This document shows positions 52,803-64,000 of a stretch of 64,000 bases of DNA, in pieces (positions within the stretch are counted from its first letter, which is position 1; each line of letters opens with the position of its first letter). Under the pieces are notes generated by a model. The model was not told the origin of the DNA. It did not search any database and saw nothing but the letters and a program-made list of their open reading frames with translations. This stretch comes from Negaprion brevirostris. Taxonomy: Eukaryota. The stretch spans positions 20,886,031 to 20,950,030 of the forward strand of contig JARDVH010000164.1 of NCBI GenBank assembly GCA_030324005.1. Direction: 5' to 3'. A program made the translations under genes and the position numbers.

Positions 52803-53300
52803 TGAATGGCGGGGCAGGCTCGAAGGGCTAGATGGCCTACTCCTGCTCCTATTTCTTATGTTCTTATGTACTTGATACTTCATTGAAAATTAGGAATAGG
52901 GATAGACCATTCAGCTCCTTAATCCTTATCTTTCAATAAGATCATGGGTGATCTGTATCCAAACTCCATCCTCCTCCCACTTGGCCTTCATATTCCTTAA
53001 TATCCCTAGCTAGCAAAAATCTTAATCTCAGATTCAATTAGCATCCACTGCTTTTTGTGGGAGGGAGCTTTATTCTTCTACCACTCTTGGCATGTAGAAG
53101 TACATCCAAATTTTTCTCCTGAACAGCCTGGCTCTGATTTCCTGCCCCTTGTCAGAGCCTAACATACCAGCAAATTCCTTTCAAAACCCTAAAAAAATCT
53201 TCAGCCCTCTGTATCTCAGGAAAAAAAATAAGTTTATGTAATTTCATACTTCAACCCTTGGAGCCCTGGCAACATTCAGGTGAATCCACATTGCACCCCA
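52803..53300. mobile_element. Two CR1 3' ends tail to tail (plus 52803-52870, minus 52885-53300)
   Basis: TTGAATGGCGGGGCAGGCTCGAAGGGCTAGATGGCCTACTCCTGCTCCTATTTCTTATGTTCTTATG, then the reverse-oriented equivalent. Confidence 0.75.
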
Positions 53301-53419
53301 CTTCTGGACAATTAAGTTTAAAAAGAGAGACATATTTATATTGTGCATTGACAGTTGGATTAAAACATGTCCAATTTGAATCAAAGTTGTCAATGTGAAC
53401 AAATTATAATATACCTTAA

Positions 53420-53545
53420 GCAAAAGCAAAATACTGAAGAGTCTGAAATAAAAACAAAGTGCTGGAAATACTCAGCAGGTTTGGCAGGATCTGTGGAGAG
53501 ATAAAGAGAGTTAACATTTCAGATCAAAGGTCTTTCTTCAAAACA
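53420..53545 (-). mobile_element. Short repeat, probably Penelope-derived, with hammerhead-like core
   Basis: Reverse complement GTTTTGAAGAAAGACCTTTGATCTGAAATGTTAACTCTC...CTCCACAGATCCTGCCAAACCTGCTGAGTATTTCCAGCA. Same family as 8120-8225, 11290-11390 and 19283-19375. Confidence 0.7.
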
Positions 53546-56500
53546 GAAGGGAGACAGAAATATAATACATTTTAGGCAAATGAAAGGGGTGGCGGGGAAA
53601 ATGGAAAGGAAAAGGGAAAGCCCGGGATCGGGTGGGGGTGTGAGAGAGATTACCCGACAAAAGATTTCATGGTACAAAAGACAAAGGCAGTGGCAATGGT
53701 TATAATCTTTCTTATTCTTTTCCCATCAGTTCCATCACAACATGTTCCAATTGGAAGGTAATGCAATTATAATGACAGCTTTTGTGATTCAACAAGCAAA
53801 AGATAGAGTATTCAATATGAAGATACTTTAGCCACTTAATTTTAAAATCAACTATCTCTAGGCTAAGTTTAGCCTAGCACAGGTTAGACACAGGGTTGAA
53901 GCTTATTGTATCCTGGCACAATCTGTATGCTAGCCAAACAAGTCTTAACAGTTTCCTTTTCCCTCACCAGTTACACTCAAAGGCTCACGATTACGATTTA
54001 GACAAACTGTACAAAGATCTGAGAAGTATTTGTGCTTATGGATTTTACCCCCAATTAGGAACTAAAAGATTACTCAAATAATTTCTAAGACAGGCTACCT
54101 CCCTTCTGTTTAAGTGGAACTGAAATCCAGCTCACCCAATGGACAAGTAAAAAAAATTAAAACACCAATAAATGTTCTCCAATTCCTTTTATAACAAATT
54201 AAATTTTAACCAAGCCAGCTTACAAAGCTTTCACGTATCTAGTTTTTGAATAATCAAGGCAGAAAATATAATTAAACACATTTAGAGCAGAGAAGGGGCT
54301 GTTCCGCCTATGGTGTTAGTGTTAGCTCTTTGTTGAAGTATGTAAAAATCACTTATCCATGCTCTTTCCTCACAGCCTTGTATCGTTTTCTGCTTCTCCT
54401 CAATCTTGTATTATTCTTTGCTTCAAATGTTTATCTCTAGCAATGAAAACTGGTCACACTACGCTACTAAGTCTTTGAGTAATTGCTTCCTGCTTTAGTA
54501 TCTCTACATTACCTGATCATTGCATATTAATCTATAATTTTGTTTGATTGTTTTTATAAACATTTGAATTTCTTGTAGTTTTATATAAATCACATCAAAT
54601 TTTGTAGCTTAAGACCTTCAACTGAGTGCGATGGTACAACAAGTTTAAGCGTTTAAATCGTATAGATGGGAGCCGAACAGCCACAGTATTTGTTAAAAGT
54701 TAATTATGAGGTTAAAGTTTTTCTCTAAGCAGAACAATACATGCTAAAATGAGATTCTTGTTGCATTTAGATGGGGTAATTATAGTTGAAGAGAGGTGGA
54801 TAAATATTCTAATTAGACTTTGTGCAAATCTATATCTCCATATGGCAACCCCAATATGCTAAATGCACACCACTGCATCACAGCTCTGTCTATAGGCATA
54901 AGGTAATCCATCATCTGGTACTGCAATGAACCTAGTCTTTACTGCATGGTAGCAATTTCACTGAAATACAAAGTCAATTATCTCCTACTTTGTAAATGTC
55001 ATGGCAGTGGGTCATTATCATTTACTTAAAAATCTGAATGAAATGGAAAACATACAAAGCCTGGAATGGCATTCAGATGGCTGAACTTCAAACTTTATAA
55101 CCAACTTCAGTGTTGATCAACACCAAAACTGAATTTTTAATTGCCTGATTTTCCGGTTTTAAATGAAGCCAAAGATAAAACGCCTTGTCATAGCAAGGTT
55201 TTGTTGGGGAGGAAAGAAAGGGCTAATCGGCAGGCGCATATATCCAAGCACAAAATACCCAGTAACAGCAGCTGTGGGGATGTCCATTGTCCAACACATC
55301 CCACCCCTCCTGCAAAAGAAAGGCTGTGTAAACATAATAATTAATTTGTAAAATATTGTGGAAATTGTAAACATGGGGCCCCAAAGCAACATGATGAGTA
55401 ATCCTTCTTTGAAACTCAAGTCAAATTGTAATGTTGGCTTTTGCTTAGGAAAACAAGAGATTAAAAGTTATCCTTGGAAGAAACAAATCATAATGAACTT
55501 CCATNNNNNNNNNNCTGGAAATATACAGATTAACTCAACGTACTGTTAATCTACTGGGTAAAATTACTTTAAGTGAATACATTGCGATTAAATCATATTC
55601 GAACAGCAAAACTACAAATTTTAAATGTGATTTAACTTTGTGTCGTCTTAAAGAATACAGTTTGTAGATGATAGAGATAACGATTTAGGCCATACACCCC
55701 AATCCCCTATTCTTTCCCCCACTCCCACCATGACCATGGTTCCAAAAGTTATTTTCTGTGTTTTTTGGTGTGTACATTTTATAAAGGCATAGAAAATGTT
55801 GCAGGCTCTTATTTGGCTCAACCTCCTGTAATTAATTATTCGGAATTCACAGAGGATTTTTAGGGCATTGACGTTTACACTCAGGTCTCTGGCATAATTT
55901 ATTATCTATTTACTCACTGTGCAAGCTCAGAAAGGTCACCTTTGACCTACTGCAGGCACATGCTATCAATTTTCTTTGGATTCCCTCAATAATATCCAAC
56001 CCTACTATCCCTTACGAGCTGGAAATACTTAAAACATCAAAGCTGCGCTTTACTGCTTCAAGAACAAAGAGCATGTTCTAATGGAACAATAATGCAAAAC
56101 ACAGAATTACATCAACTTTCTAAGTCTACTGACAAGCCCCAAGAATGCACAACACATAGAAACAACTGCAACTAAATACCAACAAGCAACATTTTAAAGA
56201 ATACTTCACAACCTCTTCACATTTATCAAATCTAACTGCATGCCAGACAAACTTAGACTGCATTTATTAAATCAATTTTAGTCTCTACGTATTTAAATGA
56301 TAAGGAATGATCCAAGTTAACAGAAAAATGGGCGCACAGTTCAGGATAAAACTGGTTACAAGCACGAAAATCAAAATCAGATTTTGAACTTTCCAGTTTA
56401 GCAGAGGTTCTGAAATTATTGACAATGCTGTATTTCCTCATTCACCTGACACACAATAATAATATTCTTGGGGGAAAAAAGTCTGATTGGTCACTTCCTA

Positions 56501-57112
56501 CCAACACAATGCATCATGTTGCAGGATAAGGTGTAAAACTGTGTACAAAGTCCTGGGTTTCAAAGAGAATATCAGTGACATGACTGAGAATTAGATTTAA
56601 CTCCCTGTAGGGTCAAGAATGCTCATTTGATTAGAAGCAGATGGAACAATATGAAAGCCAGCTCCTGGACCTCATCTTTAAACAGGAAATTCAGAGCTAA
56701 CCAACTGGCTGTTCCTTAATTGTTCCCAGAGACTCATATTGCGCTTCTAACTTTTTTTTGTTGGGAAAAAAGTCCTTCATCTTTGCATTTATGTTTGATC
56801 AACGATCACAAGTTAAAAACAAATGATTTGCACTAAAATCTATGTTGTAGTCAAAAGGAAGAATTTACAGCATATTTTGTGACCATGTGCACTTGTGTAA
56901 CTTTCATGCAGCATCAATAAATACATTAGATGCTCAAGTAACTCAAACACCAATGACAAGTTTTTAAGAAATACAATTAAGTAGAATTCAAATGCTAGCT
57001 TTTTACATTAGAATTAGTTACAACTGCTGACAACTCTGTGACTGTCTATTGTGCCACTAATCATGTTATCCAATTACAACACAAATGTCACACAAAGGAA
57101 ATCCACACTTAC

Positions 57113-57181
57113 CGTTTTCCTATTGTAATAATACATAAGTGAATTGCTGCCCATTCCAGGCACAGTGTAAGCGCAATACAT
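57113..57181 (-). CDS. TCF12: TCF12 HEBAlt alternative first coding exon (23-aa Alt domain)
   Basis: Starts gcaacATG and ends ACG|gtaagt (perfect donor). Translates MYCAYTVPGMGSNSLMYYYNRKT and splices in phase 0 to the VYAPSP exon, as for mammalian HEBAlt and the homologous TCF4-A N-terminus. Confidence 0.95.
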
Positions 57182-57600
57182 GTTGCTGGCTCAATCCAGT
57201 GCAGAGAGATCAGCAACTGTGCACTTCACAGTACAACACATTCAACTACACAGTTTCAGGCAGACTAATTCCTTAATCTTTCCACACATGGATCTACTCA
57301 GAAGGAACTTATGCAAAGTAGACTGAACCATTCTACTCAACAGCCAGGGGAGGGAAGTTGAGCTTTACTGGCTGCATTCCATGTTCAGTATTCGAAGTGG
57401 ACTTGTCACAGCAGACACACAATTAAACAGGAACATTGAAGTACAGCAGGAGAGAAAATAGTTGTTGCCAAAAAAGTATAATGGCTAACTATCTTTTCAT
57501 ACCCTTTATTTTCATCATTAGATTCATTTAATGAAGCAAAGGCTAAAATACCACAAAAGCTAAATCTACATTTAATCCATTTGCTTTAATTAAATTAGCA
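57182..57600 (-). promoter_or_regulatory. TCF12: Presumed 5' UTR and internal promoter of HEBAlt
   Basis: Inferred from position directly upstream of the Alt ATG in a repeat-free stretch. The transcription start cannot be located from sequence alone. Confidence 0.5.
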
Positions 57601-60600
57601 CACTTGTAGTAATAAAGACTTGGTCTAATACATTCTGGCAACACAGCCATCTGTCTCTGTCCCAAATTACCAAGTACGTAAATAAAGATATGAACAAAAG
57701 CATTTTACATGAGATAAAAAAGTGACCACTGTAAAACCATGGTACAGGGAAACAGGAAACTACTCAAATAAAGCTGTATTCTCTATACTCATTATAACAC
57801 ATTTCCCAAGAGCCAAACATTTGATACTTGATAATGAGGCTCATAGTATAATGAAGGTCTGGTTGCTTTATATTAAGAGATAATATTACATTACAGTCTT
57901 ACGAGAAGACAGTGCAATTAAAAAATGTCCAGAAACATAAAATATAAAGTGACTGGATTGTCCTGGACCATTGTGTCCACTTGAGTGTAGTCAAAATACA
58001 TAAGATATTAAAGACAATTCAGAAGTACAAAATACACCCGAGTGGAAAAAAAGTAAAATTCATTAACACGCACACACAATCCTCACTCTGGTGAAAAAGC
58101 TTCAGAAGCAGCTGCAAAAGAACAATATACGTCAGGCTAATAAAACGCCAGGCAAAATGACGTGCAACTTCCTCCAGAGACCACGAGGACCTATTTTGGT
58201 CCTGTGAGGCCAGTGGAAAAGCTTTGATTTACAATTAACAATTCCATTCACTGAACCTTCTTATAAATGTTTTGTCTCTTCAGGCAGTGATATGTTAAAA
58301 AGGGCTTTAAATCTCCCCAAGTCTCCCTTGATATTTCCTCGATTCCATGAGATAAAAAAACTGAACTGCTGCAAAGCCTTGTATGTTCAGAAAATGGAAG
58401 GGAAGGACATTTTAATGGATACTAAAATTCTTTAAGTAATTGTTTGTATAGTTTTATTTGAAAGAAACAACATCTTTTACTTAACTAACACCTGTATTAC
58501 AAATCAAAATTCTGGTATATCCACATTTTAAACTGAAACTATCCAACTGAATGATACCTCTTAATTGGACAAAAATAACAAAACAACTATTTATCCCATT
58601 AACGTCATGGAAATGCTAATCCTAGATCCTGCCTGCTGAACAAGTCAGCTGGAGATGATGATTTTAAACCTTCATTTCAGCCAGACGTGATTACTGGGCG
58701 AGACGCACAAAGTTACCTGATTTATTCCCATTTATGGCCTCGATACTGTACTATGCAATGACATCAGCCATTCACAGTTTATTGAACAATTTTTTTTAAC
58801 AAAGATAGGACTTACAGCGGAAGGCAGTATTGTCAATAACATTTTTCACATTTTGCAGGGCTATCAAGCATTGTTACATCACATACAGCACAAAGGTTTA
58901 TCTATTGTGTCTCCCAGCAAGCATCATTCTAAACCAAAAGGCCACTGCATCCAAATGATGTTTCCAGTCATAATCAAGCCATTCCATTCCACACCTCTGT
59001 GAAAAGCTAATAAATTTTGACCTATATTTTGTCCAGTGGAATGAATCTCTTCACCAGGAATTGGGTCAAAGTGCCCAAGTAGACGGAAAATATATAAAGA
59101 TCTTAAGGGTCCTGCAAGTTAGGCTACTGATCCGATTAGCTGGGATAAATTCAAAAGATGAAGATTAGACTTTTTCTAAATACACATATATATCCACAAC
59201 ACACACACTCATGACTAATAGACGTCTTCATACAAACAGAATTACAAAATGCTTGATTACGTTTATGTTCAGGTTATTAATGGAACCCTATCTCATGATA
59301 TTTCAAACCCACTTGACTTTGGAACACAATAAATATACTTGGGNNNNNNNNNNAGGAGGAATATATTCTATTGAATTGCATAATTTGGAATGGCCTATAA
59401 ATTATACCTTTGTGTTCAAACAGGTTTTTTGATCATCCTTGGTTGCTACGTTTAATATTTTTCAAATACTGGAGTGGGAAGTAACCTACGAAGATTGTGT
59501 ACATAACACCCCCTCTTACAAGACCAAGCTTAATTCACTACATGCAAGAACTGCAAAAAAGATGATGGCATATGAAGTGGGATCCTATGTAACATGTCAG
59601 CTCTCGGATTATCTCAATTAGCTATTTTAGAGCTCTGGACAATAATTACAAAATGGCAGAAGCAGTGGCAGGTGCATGGGCATCATTCCATTTATAAATG
59701 CATTGTGACAATTCAGTACAATGCTTCACCCTTAACAACTTAGCTGAAAAAAAGAGAAGTTATTGAAATCTATTTCCTATTTGTAATATTAGCAATTAAA
59801 GGCACACATTCCCAAACAAAATCACAAAGCAAGCGTGTAATTTAAATGGGATGTGTATTTTCAAGATTAGATTGCAAATAAATAACTCAATATTGTTTGC
59901 TTTACTGCAACCTAGTTACCAGAACAATAAAAAACACTCCCCCCAGCCCAAAACAGTTTGCTGAATTCTGCGGTCTTATGATATAGATTGTACATGAGCA
60001 CAAGATTTTAGTCTACAACATGATGCAATCGTCAGCAACATTATTCCAGACGCATCCATTTGAACGAGTTATGTTGCAGTTACAACTGGACAGCACAGGG
60101 AGAATGGCTGTCCCCCAATGTCCTGGAACATTCTTCTTCTTGTTGCACAGAAATAAAAATATTCTATTCTGTACCTATGGCTCCACTAAATAAGAAATTC
60201 TAAATGAAGAAACTCTAAATCTCACTTAATACATTCAAGTTTACTTGCTTGGCTTCAAAACAATCTGTATTTACTTCAGGTAATGCACAATTAGCAGGGA
60301 GGTCTAATATTGCTAGACTCAGCTTCTAGTTCAAACAGGTACAAAACCTCAGCTTAAGACATAATTACATATAGCCTAATCAGCAGCTTTGGAGACAGCT
60401 CCAATGGTTCCTTTCAAACGCCAGAGCTGAAAAGTAAAGCTGAAAATTATACTGAAGTATGAACCTAATATGAACAACTCAAGTCTTCAAGTACCAGTTT
60501 ACAGCCCACTTTGGGTAATGAACAGAAGGCATTGTATTTCTGGAACTAAACTCATTTGCTTCACTGCAACATTTGCCTTCACATAATCAACCATATGAAC

Positions 60601-61825
60601 CTAGCAGTGAGAAGATACAGTTCAACAGTCTCAGCATTTCCTTCTGTGTTATTTCATTTTATGGGAATCATTGCTCAAGCACTGAAACCAAATCAGATGC
60701 AATTAAAGAACGTTTTGCTGAGAGTCTGAAGCACTTAATTTGTGGGGGTGAGTGCAGCGGGGTGGTCTGGATAATGCAAAGCAAAATGTTTTTAAAAATC
60801 CACATCATGTTTTTTATACAAATATATACGTATGTAACAACATTGAGAGCTGGAAATAAACTTGCCATGTCCACATTGGCACTTGCCACCAAGTTATGTA
60901 ATGGATTTAAAAGCAGCATAAACAAACTTAAAACACGTTGGGGGCGATCTTATCACCCATTCATGCCATGCTCCCACTGCACCAAAGATGCAGAATTTGA
61001 CAAATAATGACAAAATCCCGCTGGCGTAAACAGTTGGAAAATTCCAGCCATTGTACGCAAGGTTTTGTTAACATTTTTTTAAAAAACTGACCACATAAGC
61101 TTGGCTCAAACAGTCAAGTAAAAATAAAAGAGCTGCAAATGATCGAAATAAAACAGCATCTGTTAAGAGGAAACACAGTTTATGATGCTTTTAGGTTCTG
61201 AAGAATACACACACAATTCCACAGCCTAACAAAGCTTTTATGTTTTTTCAACATTTTGTTTCTTATTATAACTTCCAAAGCTAGCCACAAAGTAACACAT
61301 TTTGACAGTTGCATTGTGTTTCATGTTACATTTTACAAGTTGACGAACAGTTTACAATCTTATTTTTTCCTGATTGCTATAAGCAGATTTGAATGCCAGG
61401 ATGAAAAGAGGAGAAAAAAACAGGATTTTAAAAATCAAAAACTGCACAGTTGTGCTTGCATCTGGGTTTGGCTAATTCCAATATTGCAACAGAGTCATCA
61501 TAGCATAAAACACTTTTTTTTTGTTTGAAGTGATGAACAAATACATATCGGTAATTACATTCAATCTGCTTATTCAGTAGAATATGCTGAAATTACAAAA
61601 ATGGCATTTTAAGTGTAGATGAATGGTGCAATGAAGCTGTAAATTCATACATCTTCCTCTTGCTTTATTGCTCAAACTTGCTCAAGTTTATAAAAATATA
61701 TACACCAGTAAGACAAAGATGAAATATTTCGCTAATTTTGTCCAGTGGTATCAACTTCAACGTGTGCAGTACAAGTTGTTGCACCTTTGGCGTAACAGCT
61801 ACCCTGTTTTCAAATATATGGAAAC

Positions 61826-62073
61826 ACCAATTCAATAAAAATCTGGAATTAAAAGTCTCATGCTCATGAAACCATTGTCAATTGTTGTTAAAAACTCATC
61901 TGATTTATTAATGCCTTTTAGGAAAGGAAATCTGCCATCCTTAACCGGTCTGGTCTACATGTAACATGGGATTACAGCGATGCAGTTCATTCTCAAATAT
62001 CCTTCGAAATGGAAGATGGGCAATACACTCCGATCAAGCCAGCGACGCTCACATCCAATGAATAAAAACAAAA
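61826..62073 (+). mobile_element. Non-autonomous head+tail derivative of the 4165-7190 LINE family
   Basis: ATTCAATAAAAATCTGGAATTAAAAGTCT...GGAAATCTGCCATCCTTAACCGGTCTGGTCTACATG matches 4270-4460. It continues into GATGGGCAAT...GCCAGCGACGCTCACATCCAATGAATAAAAA, which matches 7130-7190. Confidence 0.85.
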
Positions 62074-62989
62074 CAGAACTCACTGTTGACCTAAGTAAAC
62101 ATGAGCTTCAGGCATTATAGAGACTCCGGATACTGCTGAATTGAAAAGGATCATAATCTCATCAACTGAGAACGTTTGGGAAATGAGCTAAAGAGGTACT
62201 GAAAGGAAACTACTGAAGTAATGGTTATGTTGAAGATTTGAAATGCTAAGCATTATTTAGAAACTGAATTAGGTAAAATATAACACTGCAATCTCAAATC
62301 ACAATATCTTCAAATTAAAAGACTACACAATTAGCTTGTTGCAACACAATTATAATCGCCAAAATAACCAATTATGTTTATGTGTAAGAATCACTAAAAT
62401 ATGCACGAACTTGAATTTCTGAGAACATTATCTAACATCAGGGTTAGTGAAAGTTAAAAAAGCACATGCATCACTAACTGTATAATTTTCAAGGAAACAT
62501 AGAAACCATCTTCACAAACAACATGGGCTACCTCCTACCTCCCTACATTATAATAGCAACTACATTTCATAAAACTCAACTGGCTGTAAAGGGCTTGGGA
62601 TGTCCGGTGGCTATGAATAATGCTATATAAATACAAGTCTTTTTTCTTTATAGATACTGCCATCTGGTGTTGTATGTGAAGCAATTGCAGATTCTAACAG
62701 TTGCTAATACAGGAATTATTACTGTACAACCGAATATACGGATCAAGTTCAGTACTATTCAGCAAATTTAATGAGGGTAATCAAATTACCAGCCGACCTC
62801 AAGGCAGTTCAAATCACTCTCCTACACAAATTTATGCCAGAAATCAAACATTCACATTCCTATTTAAGTAGTTCCAAACAATTTTATTTTCCAGCCATCT
62901 TGCTGTGTTTCATGTTTCCAGTTTGATATTGGTATTCAGACCTGCATCTGCAGAGGTAGAAATCTCTTCAGGAGTCAAGATGAGCTGGA

Positions 62990-63450
62990 AAAACAGCCAA
63001 GGGAATTAATTGATGGAGGGGGAGAAATGGGAGTGAGAGGTGATGCTGAGGCTATGGGGAGAGGTGGAGGGATGAAAAATTGCTTATGATGGGGGTGTTG
63101 CAGGGCAGAGTCACAGAAGGATCAAGAGAAAGCATGTGCGGGGGGCGCAGGGAAGGGGAACAGAACAAGTTCAGGTGGTCCACAGAAGGGGCAAGAGAGC
63201 TTGTGGAGACTGTAGAAAGGATGAGATAGCATACATGAATGGCTGCAGAAGGGGCAAAAGGACAAGTGCGGGGTGGGGGGGTGCGGAAGGGTGAGACAGC
63301 ATGAACAAGGAGGGTGAGAGGAATGGGCAGTGCAGCATACACAGGTGAGGTGAAATTAGCAAGACAGCATTCGTGGGCAAGCCAAGGGACCAGAGAGGGA
63401 GGGAGCAGCATAAGTGGGACCATGTGTGAAGCGGGTGGAGAGAGACTGAC
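62990..63450. repeat. Purine-rich (G/A) low-complexity tract; a similar tract is at 1-300
   Basis: Strong G+A strand bias. The ORFs called on the minus strand are Pro/Ser/Leu-rich artefacts. Probably the interior of an unassigned repeat. Confidence 0.55.
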
Positions 63451-64000
63451 TCCTCCTCCTGATTTAGCAAATTAGTCTGCACAAGCAAGAGGTGAGTTCA
63501 TATGCCAATAGGGCAAACCAAAATCAAAATTATTAAGGTAAGCCATCAAGTTAAAATTATTTCAGTATAAATCAATTATTACCCAATTTTGATACAAATA
63601 AAACTCCAGCATACAGAAAATTGCTTGAAATTTCTCAGCTACAAAATAACCCTAGACCAGTGTTAAAAATACCATTTTTCAAAATAATTTACCTCTTAGA
63701 TCAGATATCACCTTCTTAGCTGTGTTACTTACTGTGTGGAAGGCTACCTATCATGGACTTTACCGAGAATCATTTCACATTCCGGTACATTTGTTTGTCA
63801 TACTTTCAGCACTGCATGAATTTCTACACAAGATCACATTTTAAATTAAATAATTAAGACTACTGTATAATCATTTCACTGTGCTTTGACCGGGGAAAGA
63901 CAAGTCTGTCACTGCTTCATACTGCAACACCTCCAATTGACCAACACAAAGAAAAAAGCAAAATGAAAAGTTTGATTTAGCCTGTACATTTTGGACAAGC

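Noticed and set aside
63052-63488. Pro/Ser/Leu-rich ORFs on the minus strand
   Set aside because: They are a by-product of the purine-rich low-complexity tract, with no splice or homology support.
57600-64000. Canonical upstream exon (KKVRKVPPGLPSS)
   Set aside because: Not found by eye; presumably beyond the right edge of the window.

Overview
This is eukaryotic (vertebrate) DNA, almost certainly from a shark: it is AT-rich and dense in HE1/V-SINEs, Deu-domain SINEs and CR1 LINEs, and it has many short N gaps. No prokaryotic features are present. The whole window lies inside one minus-strand gene, the class I bHLH E-protein TCF12 (HEB). I reconstructed nine coding exons by hand from splice sites and translation. 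They are the alternative first exon of the short HEBAlt isoform (57113-57181, MYCAYTVPGMGSNSLMYYYNRKT), six constitutive exons, the 72-nt cassette exon (7334-7405) and the AD2 exon (3626-3832). The upstream canonical exons and the bHLH exons lie outside the window. The rest is intron filled with decayed retroelements, so most entries in the ORF track are spurious or LINE fragments. The most interesting observations are: (1) the cassette exon looks like a tandem duplicate of the AD2 helix; (2) an intact HEBAlt exon; (3) a GC-AG intron; (4) a dispersed short repeat carrying decayed minimal hammerhead-ribozyme cores; (5) a tRNA-headed LINE with no apparent ORF1, together with its head+tail deletion derivatives; (6) a V-SINE whose 3' tail matches a Rex1/Babar LINE; (7) a ~190-bp inverted-repeat pair. 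Comparisons to human TCF12 and to repeat families come from memory, not from searches. Repeat boundaries are approximate.
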